Source: Lentisphaerota bacterium
Lineage (GTDB): Bacteria; Verrucomicrobiota; Kiritimatiellia; UBA8416; JAIOPI01
Assembly: GCA_021413965.1 (NCBI GenBank)
Contig: JAIOPI010000019.1
Coordinates: 4,585 to 68,584 of the forward strand
DNA: 64,000 bases
Direction of reading: 5' to 3'
Within the stretch, counting starts at the first letter, position 1, and the number at the start of each line of letters is the position of its first letter. A program made the position numbers and the translations under genes. This document shows, in pieces, positions 9,637 through 18,615 of the stretch. The notes beneath the pieces were generated by a model. That model was not told the origin of the DNA. It searched no databases and saw nothing but the letters and a program-made list of their open reading frames with translations.

Positions 9637-9990
9637 ATGAGCGGCAAACTGACGTCGCATGTGCTCGATACGGGGCGCGGCCGTCCCGCGGCAGGGATGG
9701 CGGTGCAACTCTGGCGGGTGGAACCGAAGGGCGACGTGCTTGTCCGCGAGGCCGTGACCAACGCCGATGGGCGCACGGACAGTCCGTTGGTGGAGGGCGC
9801 CGCGTTCGCCGCCGGCACGTACCGGCTTGTCTTTGCGGTCGGTGACTATTTTGCCTCGCAGCGCGATGCCGATGCGCGGCGTTTCCTGGATGCCGTCCCG
9901 CTTGTGTTTCGCGTGGACGATGCCAGCCGGAACTACCACGTGCCGCTGCTGGTGTCGCCGTGGTCCTATTCGACCTACCGGGGAAGCTGA
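9637..9990 (+). CDS. uraH: 5-hydroxyisourate hydrolase (transthyretin-like)
   Basis: 117 aa, begins LTSHVLDTGRGRPAAGM and carries the diagnostic C-terminal YRGS tetrapeptide. Confidence 0.85.
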   Translation: MSGKLTSHVLDTGRGRPAAGMAVQLWRVEPKGDVLVREAVTNADGRTDSPLVEGAAFAAGTYRLVFAVGDYFASQRDADARRFLDAVPLVFRVDDASRNYHVPLLVSPWSYSTYRGS

Positions 9991-9998
9991 GGCCCGCC

Positions 9999-11327
9999 AT
10001 GCCCATCGCCTTGCAGATTTGCGGCGCGACGGTCGTGACGCCTGCGAGCGTGGCGGTGCGAGATCTCTACGTCGAAAACGGCCAGTTCGTGGACGGCCCC
10101 GCGCCGGCGCGCGTTCAGATCGATGCGCGTGGGCTGTTGGCGCTGCCCGGCCTGATCGATTCCCATCTGCATTTCAATGACCCCGGTCGCGCGGATTGGG
10201 AAGGCATCGCCACGGGTTCGGCCGCGCTGGCGGCCGGGGGCGGCACCTGCTTCTTCGACATGCCGCTCAACAGCTCCCCGCCCACGCTCGATGGCCCCAG
10301 CTTTGATCTCAAGCTGGCCGCCGCGCAGGCGGCGGCCGTGACGGATTTCGGATTATGGGGCGGCCTGACACCGGCGAACCTGGACCGGATGGAAGAACTC
10401 GCCGTGCGCGGCGTTGTCGGCTTCAAGGCCTTCATGTGCCCGAGCGGAATTCCGGATTTTCAATGGGCCGATGAGGCGACCCTGCGGCGCGGCATGGCGC
10501 GGGCGGCGCGCCTGAAGCGGCCCGTGGCGGTACACGCCGAGAGCCCGACGCTGACGGCGCGGCTGACGGCCGAGATCCGCGCGCGGGGCGGCCGTGCGGT
10601 CGCGGACTACCTGGCGTCGCGTCCGCCTGAAGCCGAATGGGAGGCGATTGAGCAGATCACCGGGCTGGCGCGCGAGACCGGGTGCCGGCTGCACATCGTG
10701 CACGTGAGCACGTCGCGCGGCGTGGACCTGGTGCAGCGTGCTGCCGCGGATGGCGTGGATGTGACCTGCGAGACGTGCCCGCATTATCTGGCGCTGAACG
10801 CGGATGACATGATGCGGTTGGGGCCGCGGGCGAAGTGCGCGCCGCCCTTGCGACCGGCGGCGGAATGCGAGGCGCTGTGGCGCGATCTGCGGGAGGGGCG
10901 CATCGCCTTCGTGGCGTCGGACCATTCCCCCTCCCCGGCCTCCATGAAGGCGTCGACGGACGTCTTCGAGAACTGGGGTGGGATTGCGGGCGTGCAGTCA
11001 ACGCTGGCGATCGTGATGAGCCACGAGCCGGCGCTGCCGGTCGAGGCGATCGCGGGGCTGACGGCGACCCGGGTGGCGGATCGCTATCGACTCGTGCGCA
11101 AGGGGCGGATCGCCACCGGCTGCGATGCGGATCTCGTGCTCATCGAACCGGGTGCGATGTGGACGCTGCGGCGTGAGGACTTGCTCGACCGCCACAAGCT
11201 CAGCCCCTACGCGGGCCTCCGTTTCCGCGGCCGCGTGCGCCGGACGATCATGCGCGGGCAGACGGTCTGCGTGGACGGCCGCATCGTGGCGCCGGCTTGC
11301 GGGCGGCTTGTGACGCCGGCGATGTGA
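9999..11327 (+). CDS. allB: allantoinase (cyclic amidohydrolase, dihydroorotase/hydantoinase superfamily)
   Basis: Contains DSHLHF metal-binding and GGGTCFFDMP blocks. 442 aa, in context with allC/uraH/uraD. Confidence 0.75.
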   Translation: MPIALQICGATVVTPASVAVRDLYVENGQFVDGPAPARVQIDARGLLALPGLIDSHLHFNDPGRADWEGIATGSAALAAGGGTCFFDMPLNSSPPTLDGPSFDLKLAAAQAAAVTDFGLWGGLTPANLDRMEELAVRGVVGFKAFMCPSGIPDFQWADEATLRRGMARAARLKRPVAVHAESPTLTARLTAEIRARGGRAVADYLASRPPEAEWEAIEQITGLARETGCRLHIVHVSTSRGVDLVQRAAADGVDVTCETCPHYLALNADDMMRLGPRAKCAPPLRPAAECEALWRDLREGRIAFVASDHSPSPASMKASTDVFENWGGIAGVQSTLAIVMSHEPALPVEAIAGLTATRVADRYRLVRKGRIATGCDADLVLIEPGAMWTLRREDLLDRHKLSPYAGLRFRGRVRRTIMRGQTVCVDGRIVAPACGRLVTPAM

Positions 11328-11363
11328 CCGGCGTGGAAGGCATAGAAGGCGCCGGCGCAGCCC

Positions 11364-12389
11364 CTATGCAATGACCCCGCCCAGCTGACCGCAGGCCGCC
11401 ATGACGTTGCGGCCGCGGGGGTGGCGGCGGCGGACGAAGAGGCCTTGCGCGACCAGCGCGTCGCAGAACTGGTCGACGCGGGCGCGGTCGGGCGTGACGA
11501 AGAGGCGCGAGCTGCCGCCATTATAAGGGATGACGTTCACGCGCACGGGCAAGCCGGCCAGGTAGCGGGCGAGTGCTTCCGCGTGTTCCGGGCTGTCGTT
11601 CACTCCGGCCAGCTGCACGTACTCAATAAAGAAAACGCCGCGGCGAGGCAGAGGAAAGGCCAGCAAGGCGTCTTTCAGGCGTGCGAGCGGGTAGCGCACG
11701 TTCAGGGGCACGAGCTGGTTGCGCAACGCATCGTTCGCCGCATGGATGGAGACCGCCAGGCGCAGATTCGGCAGGCGCTCCGCCGCGAGCCGCCGCAGGC
11801 CGTCGACGTGCCCCGCGGTGGACACCGTCATGTGGCTGCAGGCAAGGTTCAGCCCGCGCTGGTCGGCCATCACGCGTACGGCCTGGATGACAGGCTCGAC
11901 ATTATCCAGCGGCTCCCCCATGCCCATGAAGACGATGTTGTTCACGGGGCGCTTCAGCACGAACCGCGCGGCATAGAGCTGCCACACGATCTCCTCGACC
12001 TGCAGATGGCGGCGCAAGCCCATCTGGCCGGTGACGCAGAATTTGCAACCCATCCGGCAGCCGACCTGCGAGGACACGCACAGCGTCGTGCGACCTTTAT
12101 CCGGAATCAGGACGGATTCGATCGTTTCGCCGTCGGCCAGCGTGGTGATGAACTTGAGCACGCTGCCGTCGTCATGCTGAGCCGAGATGCGGCAGTCTGG
12201 AAAGCGCAAGTCGGCGGCAAGCTGGGCTGCAAGGGTGGGTGCATCCGCGAACTCGGGAGATTCGGCGCAGGTTCTGCGGCCGAGCTTGAACACGTCACGG
12301 TACAGGGCCCGGGCGTGGTAATGACCCTTGCCGTGGAGCCGGTCCAGCTCAGCGGCCAGATCCTTGCAGGTTAAGGAGAGGATGTTCAT
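11364..12389 (-). CDS. rlmN: 23S rRNA (adenine2503-C2)-methyltransferase, radical SAM
   Basis: Radical-SAM CxxxCxxC (CRMGCKFC). Conserved RlmN/Cfr blocks GMGEPLDN and the C-terminal Cys (ACGQL). Confidence 0.85.
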   Translation of the reverse strand: MNILSLTCKDLAAELDRLHGKGHYHARALYRDVFKLGRRTCAESPEFADAPTLAAQLAADLRFPDCRISAQHDDGSVLKFITTLADGETIESVLIPDKGRTTLCVSSQVGCRMGCKFCVTGQMGLRRHLQVEEIVWQLYAARFVLKRPVNNIVFMGMGEPLDNVEPVIQAVRVMADQRGLNLACSHMTVSTAGHVDGLRRLAAERLPNLRLAVSIHAANDALRNQLVPLNVRYPLARLKDALLAFPLPRRGVFFIEYVQLAGVNDSPEHAEALARYLAGLPVRVNVIPYNGGSSRLFVTPDRARVDQFCDALVAQGLFVRRRHPRGRNVMAACGQLGGVIA

Positions 12390-12551
12390 GGGCGACGCTG
12401 CGTTGTGGGGCGAGGGTGGTCAGGATCCCGTTGCTCAGGTTTCAACAGAGTAGCGGATGGCGATATCGGCGTCGACCGCGGTTCGTCGTTGCAGGAGGCA
12501 CCCGACCGGTGGCGGGGACCGCCAGCTTCAGGTCGGCCGGTAAATTGAACA

Positions 12552-12598
12552 CCAAAGGGTTGAGAGATAGGGCGATGAGGCCCTTTGGTCGTGAAGTG
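12552..12598 (+). promoter_or_regulatory. stem-loop (8-bp CCAAAGGG/CCCTTTGG arms) in AT-rich leader upstream of ilvBN, followed by a GTGGTTTTT run
   Basis: Inverted repeat read directly from the sequence. It lies in a ~200-bp low-GC island in the rlmN/ilvB divergent intergenic region. Confidence 0.25.
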
Positions 12599-12784
12599 GG
12601 TGTGGTTTTTAGATAAGCAAAGCTAATCAAGACAAAACAGGAACCAAGTTGAATGATTTGTTGTTGATCACATGTCCGAATTGTGTGATCGTCTGCAAAG
12701 TTGATTTCTGCATTCGGTCGTTGTTGTCGTTTTTACAGGTGAAGTTTAAGAATCGTTTTCGTCCGCAACAGATAGGAGTTCGGT

Positions 12785-14512
12785 ATGGCTAAAAAATCGA
12801 TAACAGGCGCGGATGCGTTGGTGAAGTGCCTGGAGAATCATGGCGTGGAGTACATCTGGGGGTTGTCGGGGGGCGCGGCCCTGCCGATTTTCGATGCCTT
12901 GGTGGACTCCAAGATCAAGCTGATCCTGGTGCGGCACGAGCAGGGTGCGTCCCATATGGCGGACGGCTATGCCCGCGCCACGGGCCGGCCTGGCGTGGTC
13001 CTGGTGACCAGCGGTCCCGGCGCCACCAATACGCTGACCGGCATCATGACGGCCCACATGGATTCCGTGCCCATGATCGTGATCACCGGCCAGCAGATCC
13101 GGCCGATGCTTGGCAAGGATGCCTTCCAGGAGGCGGACATCTTCGACATCTCCATGCCGATCGTGAAGCACAGCTATCTCGTGAAGGACACCCGCGACAT
13201 TGCGCGCGTGGTGCGCGAGGCCTTTCACATCGCGTCCACCGGCCGGCCCGGTCCGGTGTTGATCGACGTGCCCAAGGATGTGAGTTCGGCCGACTTCACG
13301 GGCGATTTGTATCCGGATATGGACCTGCCGGGCTATCACCCGGAGCGTGCCACGGTGGATCAGCCCACGGTGATGGCGATTGCCGAGGCCTTGAGCAAAT
13401 CGCGCCAGCCCGTGTTGCTGGCCGGCCACGGGGCGCTGATCGCGGGCGCCCAGGACGTGTTGCGCGCGCTGGCCGAGAAAATCAAGGCGCCGGTGACCAC
13501 CACCCTGCTCGGCAAGGGCGTGTTCCCGGAAAACCATCCGCTGTCGCTTGGCATGCTGGGCATGCACGGCACCGCCTATGCCAACAAGGCCATGGTCGAG
13601 TGCGACCTGATCATGTCCATCGGCTCCCGGTATGACGACCGGATCATCGGCAAGGCGGCCCTGTTCGGCCGCAACGCCGTGCGCATCCACATCGACATCG
13701 ACAGCGCCGAGTTCGGCCGCATGATCAAGTGCCATCACTACTGCCATGGTGACGCCCGCGCCGTGCTGACGGAACTGATCAAGCACGTGGGCGAGCTCAA
13801 CACCAAGGACTGGCTGGAGCACCTCAACGGCTACAAGAAAAAGCATCCGCTGTCCTACAAAACGCGCGGCGGCCTCAAGATGCAGCATATTCTCGACGTG
13901 TTGAACGACATGACGGGCGGTGATGCCATCATCACGACCGACGTGGGCCAGCACCAGATGTGGGCGGCGCAGTTCTGCAAGACGATCAAGCCCAACACCT
14001 GGCTGACCTCGGGCGGCGCCGGCACGATGGGCTACGGATTCCCGGCGGCGATCGGTGCGCAGTTCGGCAATCCCGACAAGGAAGTGTGGGCGATCGTGGG
14101 CGACGGTGGATTCCAAATGACGTTGTGTGAACTGGCCACGGCGGCCATCAACAAGCTGCCGGTGAAGGTGCTCGTGCTCAACAATCGCTACCTGGGCATG
14201 GTGCGGCAGTGGCAGGAGCTGTTCTTCGACAAGCGCGAAAGCGGTGTGGATCTGGTGGGCAACCCGGACTTCGCCAAGCTGGCGGAGGCCTACCCGGGCG
14301 CCAAGGGGTTGACCCTCAAGCGCGCGGCCGACATCCGCAAGGTGCTGCAGCGCGCCCGCGACTACAAGGCTGGCCCCTGCGTCATCAACTGTCTCGTGGA
14401 GAAAGCCGATAACGTGTTCCCCATGATTCCGGCGGGCGCGGCGCTCGAGGACATGCTGATCGAGGCGCCCAAGCCGCACGTGAAGCTGGCCAAGCCGACG
14501 GGGTCCACCTGA
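12785..14512 (+). CDS. ilvB: acetolactate synthase (acetohydroxy-acid synthase) large subunit, ThDP-dependent
   Basis: 575 aa, matching the ALS large subunit over its full length (GPGATN and GDG...N ThDP motif). Confidence 0.9.
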   Translation: MAKKSITGADALVKCLENHGVEYIWGLSGGAALPIFDALVDSKIKLILVRHEQGASHMADGYARATGRPGVVLVTSGPGATNTLTGIMTAHMDSVPMIVITGQQIRPMLGKDAFQEADIFDISMPIVKHSYLVKDTRDIARVVREAFHIASTGRPGPVLIDVPKDVSSADFTGDLYPDMDLPGYHPERATVDQPTVMAIAEALSKSRQPVLLAGHGALIAGAQDVLRALAEKIKAPVTTTLLGKGVFPENHPLSLGMLGMHGTAYANKAMVECDLIMSIGSRYDDRIIGKAALFGRNAVRIHIDIDSAEFGRMIKCHHYCHGDARAVLTELIKHVGELNTKDWLEHLNGYKKKHPLSYKTRGGLKMQHILDVLNDMTGGDAIITTDVGQHQMWAAQFCKTIKPNTWLTSGGAGTMGYGFPAAIGAQFGNPDKEVWAIVGDGGFQMTLCELATAAINKLPVKVLVLNNRYLGMVRQWQELFFDKRESGVDLVGNPDFAKLAEAYPGAKGLTLKRAADIRKVLQRARDYKAGPCVINCLVEKADNVFPMIPAGAALEDMLIEAPKPHVKLAKPTGST

Positions 14513-14544
14513 ACGACGCGTGGCGATAAGAAGGAAGACAACCG

Positions 14545-15054
14545 ATGACAACGATTCTGACGGAAACGGATACCCACACGCTCAGCGTGTACGTGGCCAA
14601 CAAGCCCGGCGTGCTGGCCCGCATTGCGCAGGTGTTCGCGCGCCGCGGCTACAACATCGATTCGCTGACGGTCTCCCCGTCAGTGGATGGGCGTTACTCG
14701 CGCATGACCATCACCGCCAAGGGGTCGGTGGAGGGGCTGGACCAGATCCTGCGCCAGGTGTCGAAGCTCGTGGACGTGCTGCGCTGCACCGATCACTCGC
14801 TGGACGAGGCCGTGGTGCGCGAGATGGCGCTGATCAAGTTCACGACCAAGGCTGGCGAGCGCACGGAAGCGCTGCAGATCTGCGAGCACTTCGGGTGCAA
14901 GACGGTGGACCTGACCGAGGATTCCATGATCGTCCAGATCACGGGCGGCTCGGAGAAGCTCGAGGCCTGCATCGACATGCTGGGCAAGTTCGGCATTGTC
15001 GAACTGGTGCGCACGGGCAAAGTCCTGATGGCGCGCGGCCGGCAAGAGACGTAA
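14545..15054 (+). CDS. ilvN: acetolactate synthase small (regulatory) subunit, ACT domain
   Basis: Starts THTLSVYVANKPGVLARIAQVFARRGYNIDSLTV (ACT domain) immediately downstream of ilvB. Confidence 0.9.
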   Translation: MTTILTETDTHTLSVYVANKPGVLARIAQVFARRGYNIDSLTVSPSVDGRYSRMTITAKGSVEGLDQILRQVSKLVDVLRCTDHSLDEAVVREMALIKFTTKAGERTEALQICEHFGCKTVDLTEDSMIVQITGGSEKLEACIDMLGKFGIVELVRTGKVLMARGRQET

Positions 15055-15174
15055 GCTGCTGGTTTATGCGAACAAGGTGGGCCGCGACCTCCGGGTGCGG
15101 CTCAGGCGTGGCGTTTGTCCCGCGGCGCCCGCGTTCGGCGGTCGCGGCTCACCTTAACCAGAGGCGGAACGTCT

Positions 15175-16173
15175 ATGCTATTAAACGATGCGCAGATCCG
15201 GGCTTTCGCGCTCGGGGTCGACCGGGTGGACACGCTGGCGGATGGATGGCGGCTGCATCGCATGCCGTCCGCGCTCGAGGCGCTGTATCATGCCAACGCG
15301 GATGCCGCGGCGCGGGCCAACTGCACCACCGGCGTGCGGCTGCGCTTCCTGACTGACTCGCGCCACATCCGGGTGACCCTGCGCTACGGCGTGCCGACGC
15401 GGTGGTATTTTGCGGGTGCCATCAGCATCGACCGCGATCGCATCGACACCTTTGGCCCCGTGAGCCGGCAGGAGGTCTGGTCGGGGCTTGCCTTTCAGCA
15501 GGATGAACGCATTCCGCACCAGATCGACCTCTGGCTGCCGCACCTGTGTGGCGCCGAGATCCTGCGCGTGGACCTCGAGGATGGCTGCCGGCTGGAGGCC
15601 GCACCCCGCCCGGTGCTGGACTGGGTCGCCTACGGGGACTCGATCACCCAGGGCATGAACGCCTCGCTGCCGGTGTTTGCCTGGCCCACGCGCCTCGCGC
15701 GCGAACTGGACGCCAACGTGGTCAACTACGGCGTTGGCGGCGCCACGCTGCGCCCGGAACTGGCGCAGATCCCGACCGGCGGCACGCCCAAGCTGATCAG
15801 TGTCTCCTATGGCGCAAACGACTGGAATGTCGATGTGCCGCTGAAGGATTTTCACCAACGTGCCGTGGCTCTCGTGGACGCCCTGTGCGCCCGCCACGCG
15901 CAAACGCCCATCGTGATCACCACGCCTGTCCCATTTTTCCGCGCCACCCGCCCCAACGGGCAGGGTGCCACGCTGGACGACTTCCGTGCCGCCCTGGAGG
16001 CTGCCGGGAGCGGGCGCGCCCAGGTGCACGTCGTGCGCGGCACGGACCTCGTGGCCGCCGACCACAACTTCTTCAATGACTGGTCCCACCCGAACGACAA
16101 CGGCATGCGCGAGATCGCCCAGAACCTGCTGGCCGCATTGCGGACCCGCGGCGTGCTCGTCCAGCAGGCCTGA
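15175..16173 (+). CDS. SGNH/GDSL-family hydrolase (esterase/lipase-like)
   Basis: Block I AYGDSITQG (catalytic Ser) and C-terminal block DWSHPND (Asp/His). Start MLLNDAQ has a GAGG RBS. Confidence 0.65.
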   Translation: MLLNDAQIRAFALGVDRVDTLADGWRLHRMPSALEALYHANADAAARANCTTGVRLRFLTDSRHIRVTLRYGVPTRWYFAGAISIDRDRIDTFGPVSRQEVWSGLAFQQDERIPHQIDLWLPHLCGAEILRVDLEDGCRLEAAPRPVLDWVAYGDSITQGMNASLPVFAWPTRLARELDANVVNYGVGGATLRPELAQIPTGGTPKLISVSYGANDWNVDVPLKDFHQRAVALVDALCARHAQTPIVITTPVPFFRATRPNGQGATLDDFRAALEAAGSGRAQVHVVRGTDLVAADHNFFNDWSHPNDNGMREIAQNLLAALRTRGVLVQQA

Positions 16174-16361
16174 CCCAGGATTCCGCGCGTCCGCGTGCGG
16201 CCAGACAGGCGACCCAGGTCGGCGCGACAAAGGCCTGGTTGGTCTCGGCGGCTTCGGGCAGCTGGCGCCGTTCCTGCCTGTCCCCCGCCTTCGGACGATG
16301 GCTGGCCGCGACTTCCCCATTGCCAGCGTTTGGTCGTGCGGGGTAACGTGCAGGCAACACG

Positions 16362-17780
16362 ATGAAAGTCACCCAGGTTTCTTTGCGCCCGACCGAGGCC
16401 GCCGCGGCGGCGGGCGCTCCGGCGTTGACGCCGGAGTTGCTGGCGGCCACGGGCGCGCGCTATTCGCGCAATAACGAGGGCCTGTCGGACATCCTGGCCA
16501 AGATCGACCCGGCGAATCTGGACAAGTCCGTCGATGCCATCTTCCGCATGATCGACTACGGGCACCAGTCGATCGCCGACATGGCGCCGGTGGCGATGTT
16601 CCTGGACGGGATTTCGCAGTGGCTGGCGTTTTATGTCTGGAACCTGTCGCCGGCGGCGAGCGGCCAGGAATCCTCGACCCGCTACATCCAGATGAACGTG
16701 GACGCAGTGCCGGACCCGGCGCTGCTCGGCATTCCCTCGGCGCACCAGGGCGAATGGCATCGGACCGTGACCGCCTGCTTTGCGACGTACCAGGCGGCGC
16801 TCGAGCGCTGGCAAGGATTGGCGGATGCACACCCCGAGGTCATGCGCATTCCGCGCGACCTGCTGGAGGACACCGCCTCGGCCAGCCAGAAGAAGGTGGC
16901 GCGCCTGCGCCGCAACTACGCGTTCGACCGGGCGCGCTATTTCCTGCCGTTTGCCTCCGCCACCAACGTCATGATGCTCATGTCCGCGCGCGGCTGGGTC
17001 CAGCTCTGCCAGCACCTCTGCGCGCATCCGCTTCCCGAGGCCAATGCGCTTGGCGATGCGATTCGCGGGCAACTCGCGCTGTGCACGCCGCGGCTCATCA
17101 AGCACGCCTCGGCGAAAGCCTCCATGCGCGGTGGCATCGCGGTGGCCTTCGATGCTTTGCGTTGCCGAGCCGGCATGGGACTGCCCGCCACCCTGGCGCC
17201 CTTCGCGGCGGACTCGGCGGCCCCGCCTACCGCACACGTCACGGTGACGCCGCCGGAGGGCTGCACCGGCGCGCGCTATGCGGCCGATCTGAGCTTGCAC
17301 GACAACCGGTACGCGTGGATCGGCGACGGGTTGCGGCGCACGGCGGTGCGTTTTGCCTGGGAGGCGGTGACGCTTGCGGAGATCCGCGACCTCAACCGCC
17401 ACCGCACGGGGAACCGCCATTGCGAGGTGATCCCGGTTGGCTTCTATGCGGCCCTCGACGAACTGCCCGCGCAGGCCGATGCCGACACGGCGGCGGCGCT
17501 GCGGCGCTTGAGCGACGTCGGACGTGCCGCCACGGCCCGCGCCCACGCCCTGCTGGCGGCCGGCGACCCGAGCTACGTCTACTGGCTGCCCATGGGTGCG
17601 CAATGCTTTTTCGAACACCTGACCACGGCGGACAAGTTCGTCTATGAGGCCGAGCTTCGCACCGGCCAGGGGGCGCACTACCGCTACGCCCGCCACCTGC
17701 ACGATGCGCTCGCGATCTGGTACACGCAGTTTCCCGAAACCCGCAACCTGATACTGGAAGGCACCGCCGAACCGGAGTGA
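16362..17780 (+). CDS. ThyX-like protein: two tandem flavin-dependent thymidylate synthase (ThyX)-like halves in one chain
   Basis: Both halves show ThyX-like blocks. N-half: GARYSR, ESSTRY, FLPFASATNVMMLMSARGWVQL. C-half: LNRHRTGNRH, WLPMGAQCFFEHLTTADKFVYEAELR. The RHR motif is present only in the C-half and the S-x-R segment only in the N-half. Confidence 0.4.
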   Translation: MKVTQVSLRPTEAAAAAGAPALTPELLAATGARYSRNNEGLSDILAKIDPANLDKSVDAIFRMIDYGHQSIADMAPVAMFLDGISQWLAFYVWNLSPAASGQESSTRYIQMNVDAVPDPALLGIPSAHQGEWHRTVTACFATYQAALERWQGLADAHPEVMRIPRDLLEDTASASQKKVARLRRNYAFDRARYFLPFASATNVMMLMSARGWVQLCQHLCAHPLPEANALGDAIRGQLALCTPRLIKHASAKASMRGGIAVAFDALRCRAGMGLPATLAPFAADSAAPPTAHVTVTPPEGCTGARYAADLSLHDNRYAWIGDGLRRTAVRFAWEAVTLAEIRDLNRHRTGNRHCEVIPVGFYAALDELPAQADADTAAALRRLSDVGRAATARAHALLAAGDPSYVYWLPMGAQCFFEHLTTADKFVYEAELRTGQGAHYRYARHLHDALAIWYTQFPETRNLILEGTAEPE

Positions 17781-17790
17781 AGCACCCCAC

Positions 17791-18561
17791 ATGAAACTCA
17801 GCCAGATCGCCGCGCAGTTGTACACCCTCCGCAATTGCTGCAAGACCCCTGCCGACACCGCCGCCACGCTGAAGAAGGTGCGGGCCATCGGGTATCCGGC
17901 CGTGCAGGTCAGCGGCGTCTGTGCCATGCCCGAGGCGGACCTGGCCGCCATGATTCGCGATGCCGGCCTGGTGTGCTGTGCGACGCACGAGTCCGGCGAC
18001 TCCATTCTGAACCAGCCCGCGCAGGTGGCCGCGCGGCTCAAGGCGCTGGGATGCCGCATCACGGCCTACCCCTGGCCGGGAGGCATCGATTTCAACACGC
18101 TGGAGAGCGTGAAAGCGTTTGCGGCGCGCCTCAACGCGTCCGGCAAGGTCCTGGCGGACGCGGGCTGCGTGCTGTGCTACCACAACCACCACATTGAGTT
18201 CCGCCGGGTCGGCGGGCGGGCCGTGCTGGACATCCTGTATGCCGAGACCGACCCGCGCTACCTGCAGGGCGAGCCGGATACGTACTGGGTGCAGAACGGC
18301 GGCGGTGATCCCGTGGCCTGGTGCCGCAAGCTCAAGGGCCGCCTCCCGATTATTCACCTCAAGGACTACGTGGTGAACGCGAAGAACGAGGTCATGTTCA
18401 CGGAGGTGGGCAATGGCAATCTCGCGTGGCCCCAGATCCTCGCCGCCGCGGACGATGCCGGGTGCGAATGGTTCTGCGTCGAGCAGGACACCTGCCCGGG
18501 CGACCCGTTCGACTCGCTGCGCCAAAGCTACGAGTTCCTGCGCCCGCTCGCCAAGGGCTGA
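17791..18561 (+). CDS. sugar phosphate isomerase/epimerase (xylose-isomerase-like TIM barrel)
   Basis: 256 aa with the family's CYHNHHIEF and IHLKD metal-ligand blocks. Confidence 0.7.
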   Translation: MKLSQIAAQLYTLRNCCKTPADTAATLKKVRAIGYPAVQVSGVCAMPEADLAAMIRDAGLVCCATHESGDSILNQPAQVAARLKALGCRITAYPWPGGIDFNTLESVKAFAARLNASGKVLADAGCVLCYHNHHIEFRRVGGRAVLDILYAETDPRYLQGEPDTYWVQNGGGDPVAWCRKLKGRLPIIHLKDYVVNAKNEVMFTEVGNGNLAWPQILAAADDAGCEWFCVEQDTCPGDPFDSLRQSYEFLRPLAKG

Positions 18562-18615
18562 GCGCCGGCCCGCCGGGCGGATCGGGGGGGGCGCGGTCCG
18601 CCCGGCGCGCCTGCC

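Noticed and set aside
12416-12616. 66-aa ORF in the ilvB upstream region as a leader peptide
   Set aside because: It is not enriched in Leu/Ile/Val and not positioned over the hairpin. The alternative Leu/Ile/Val-rich frame further downstream is more plausible, though still speculative.
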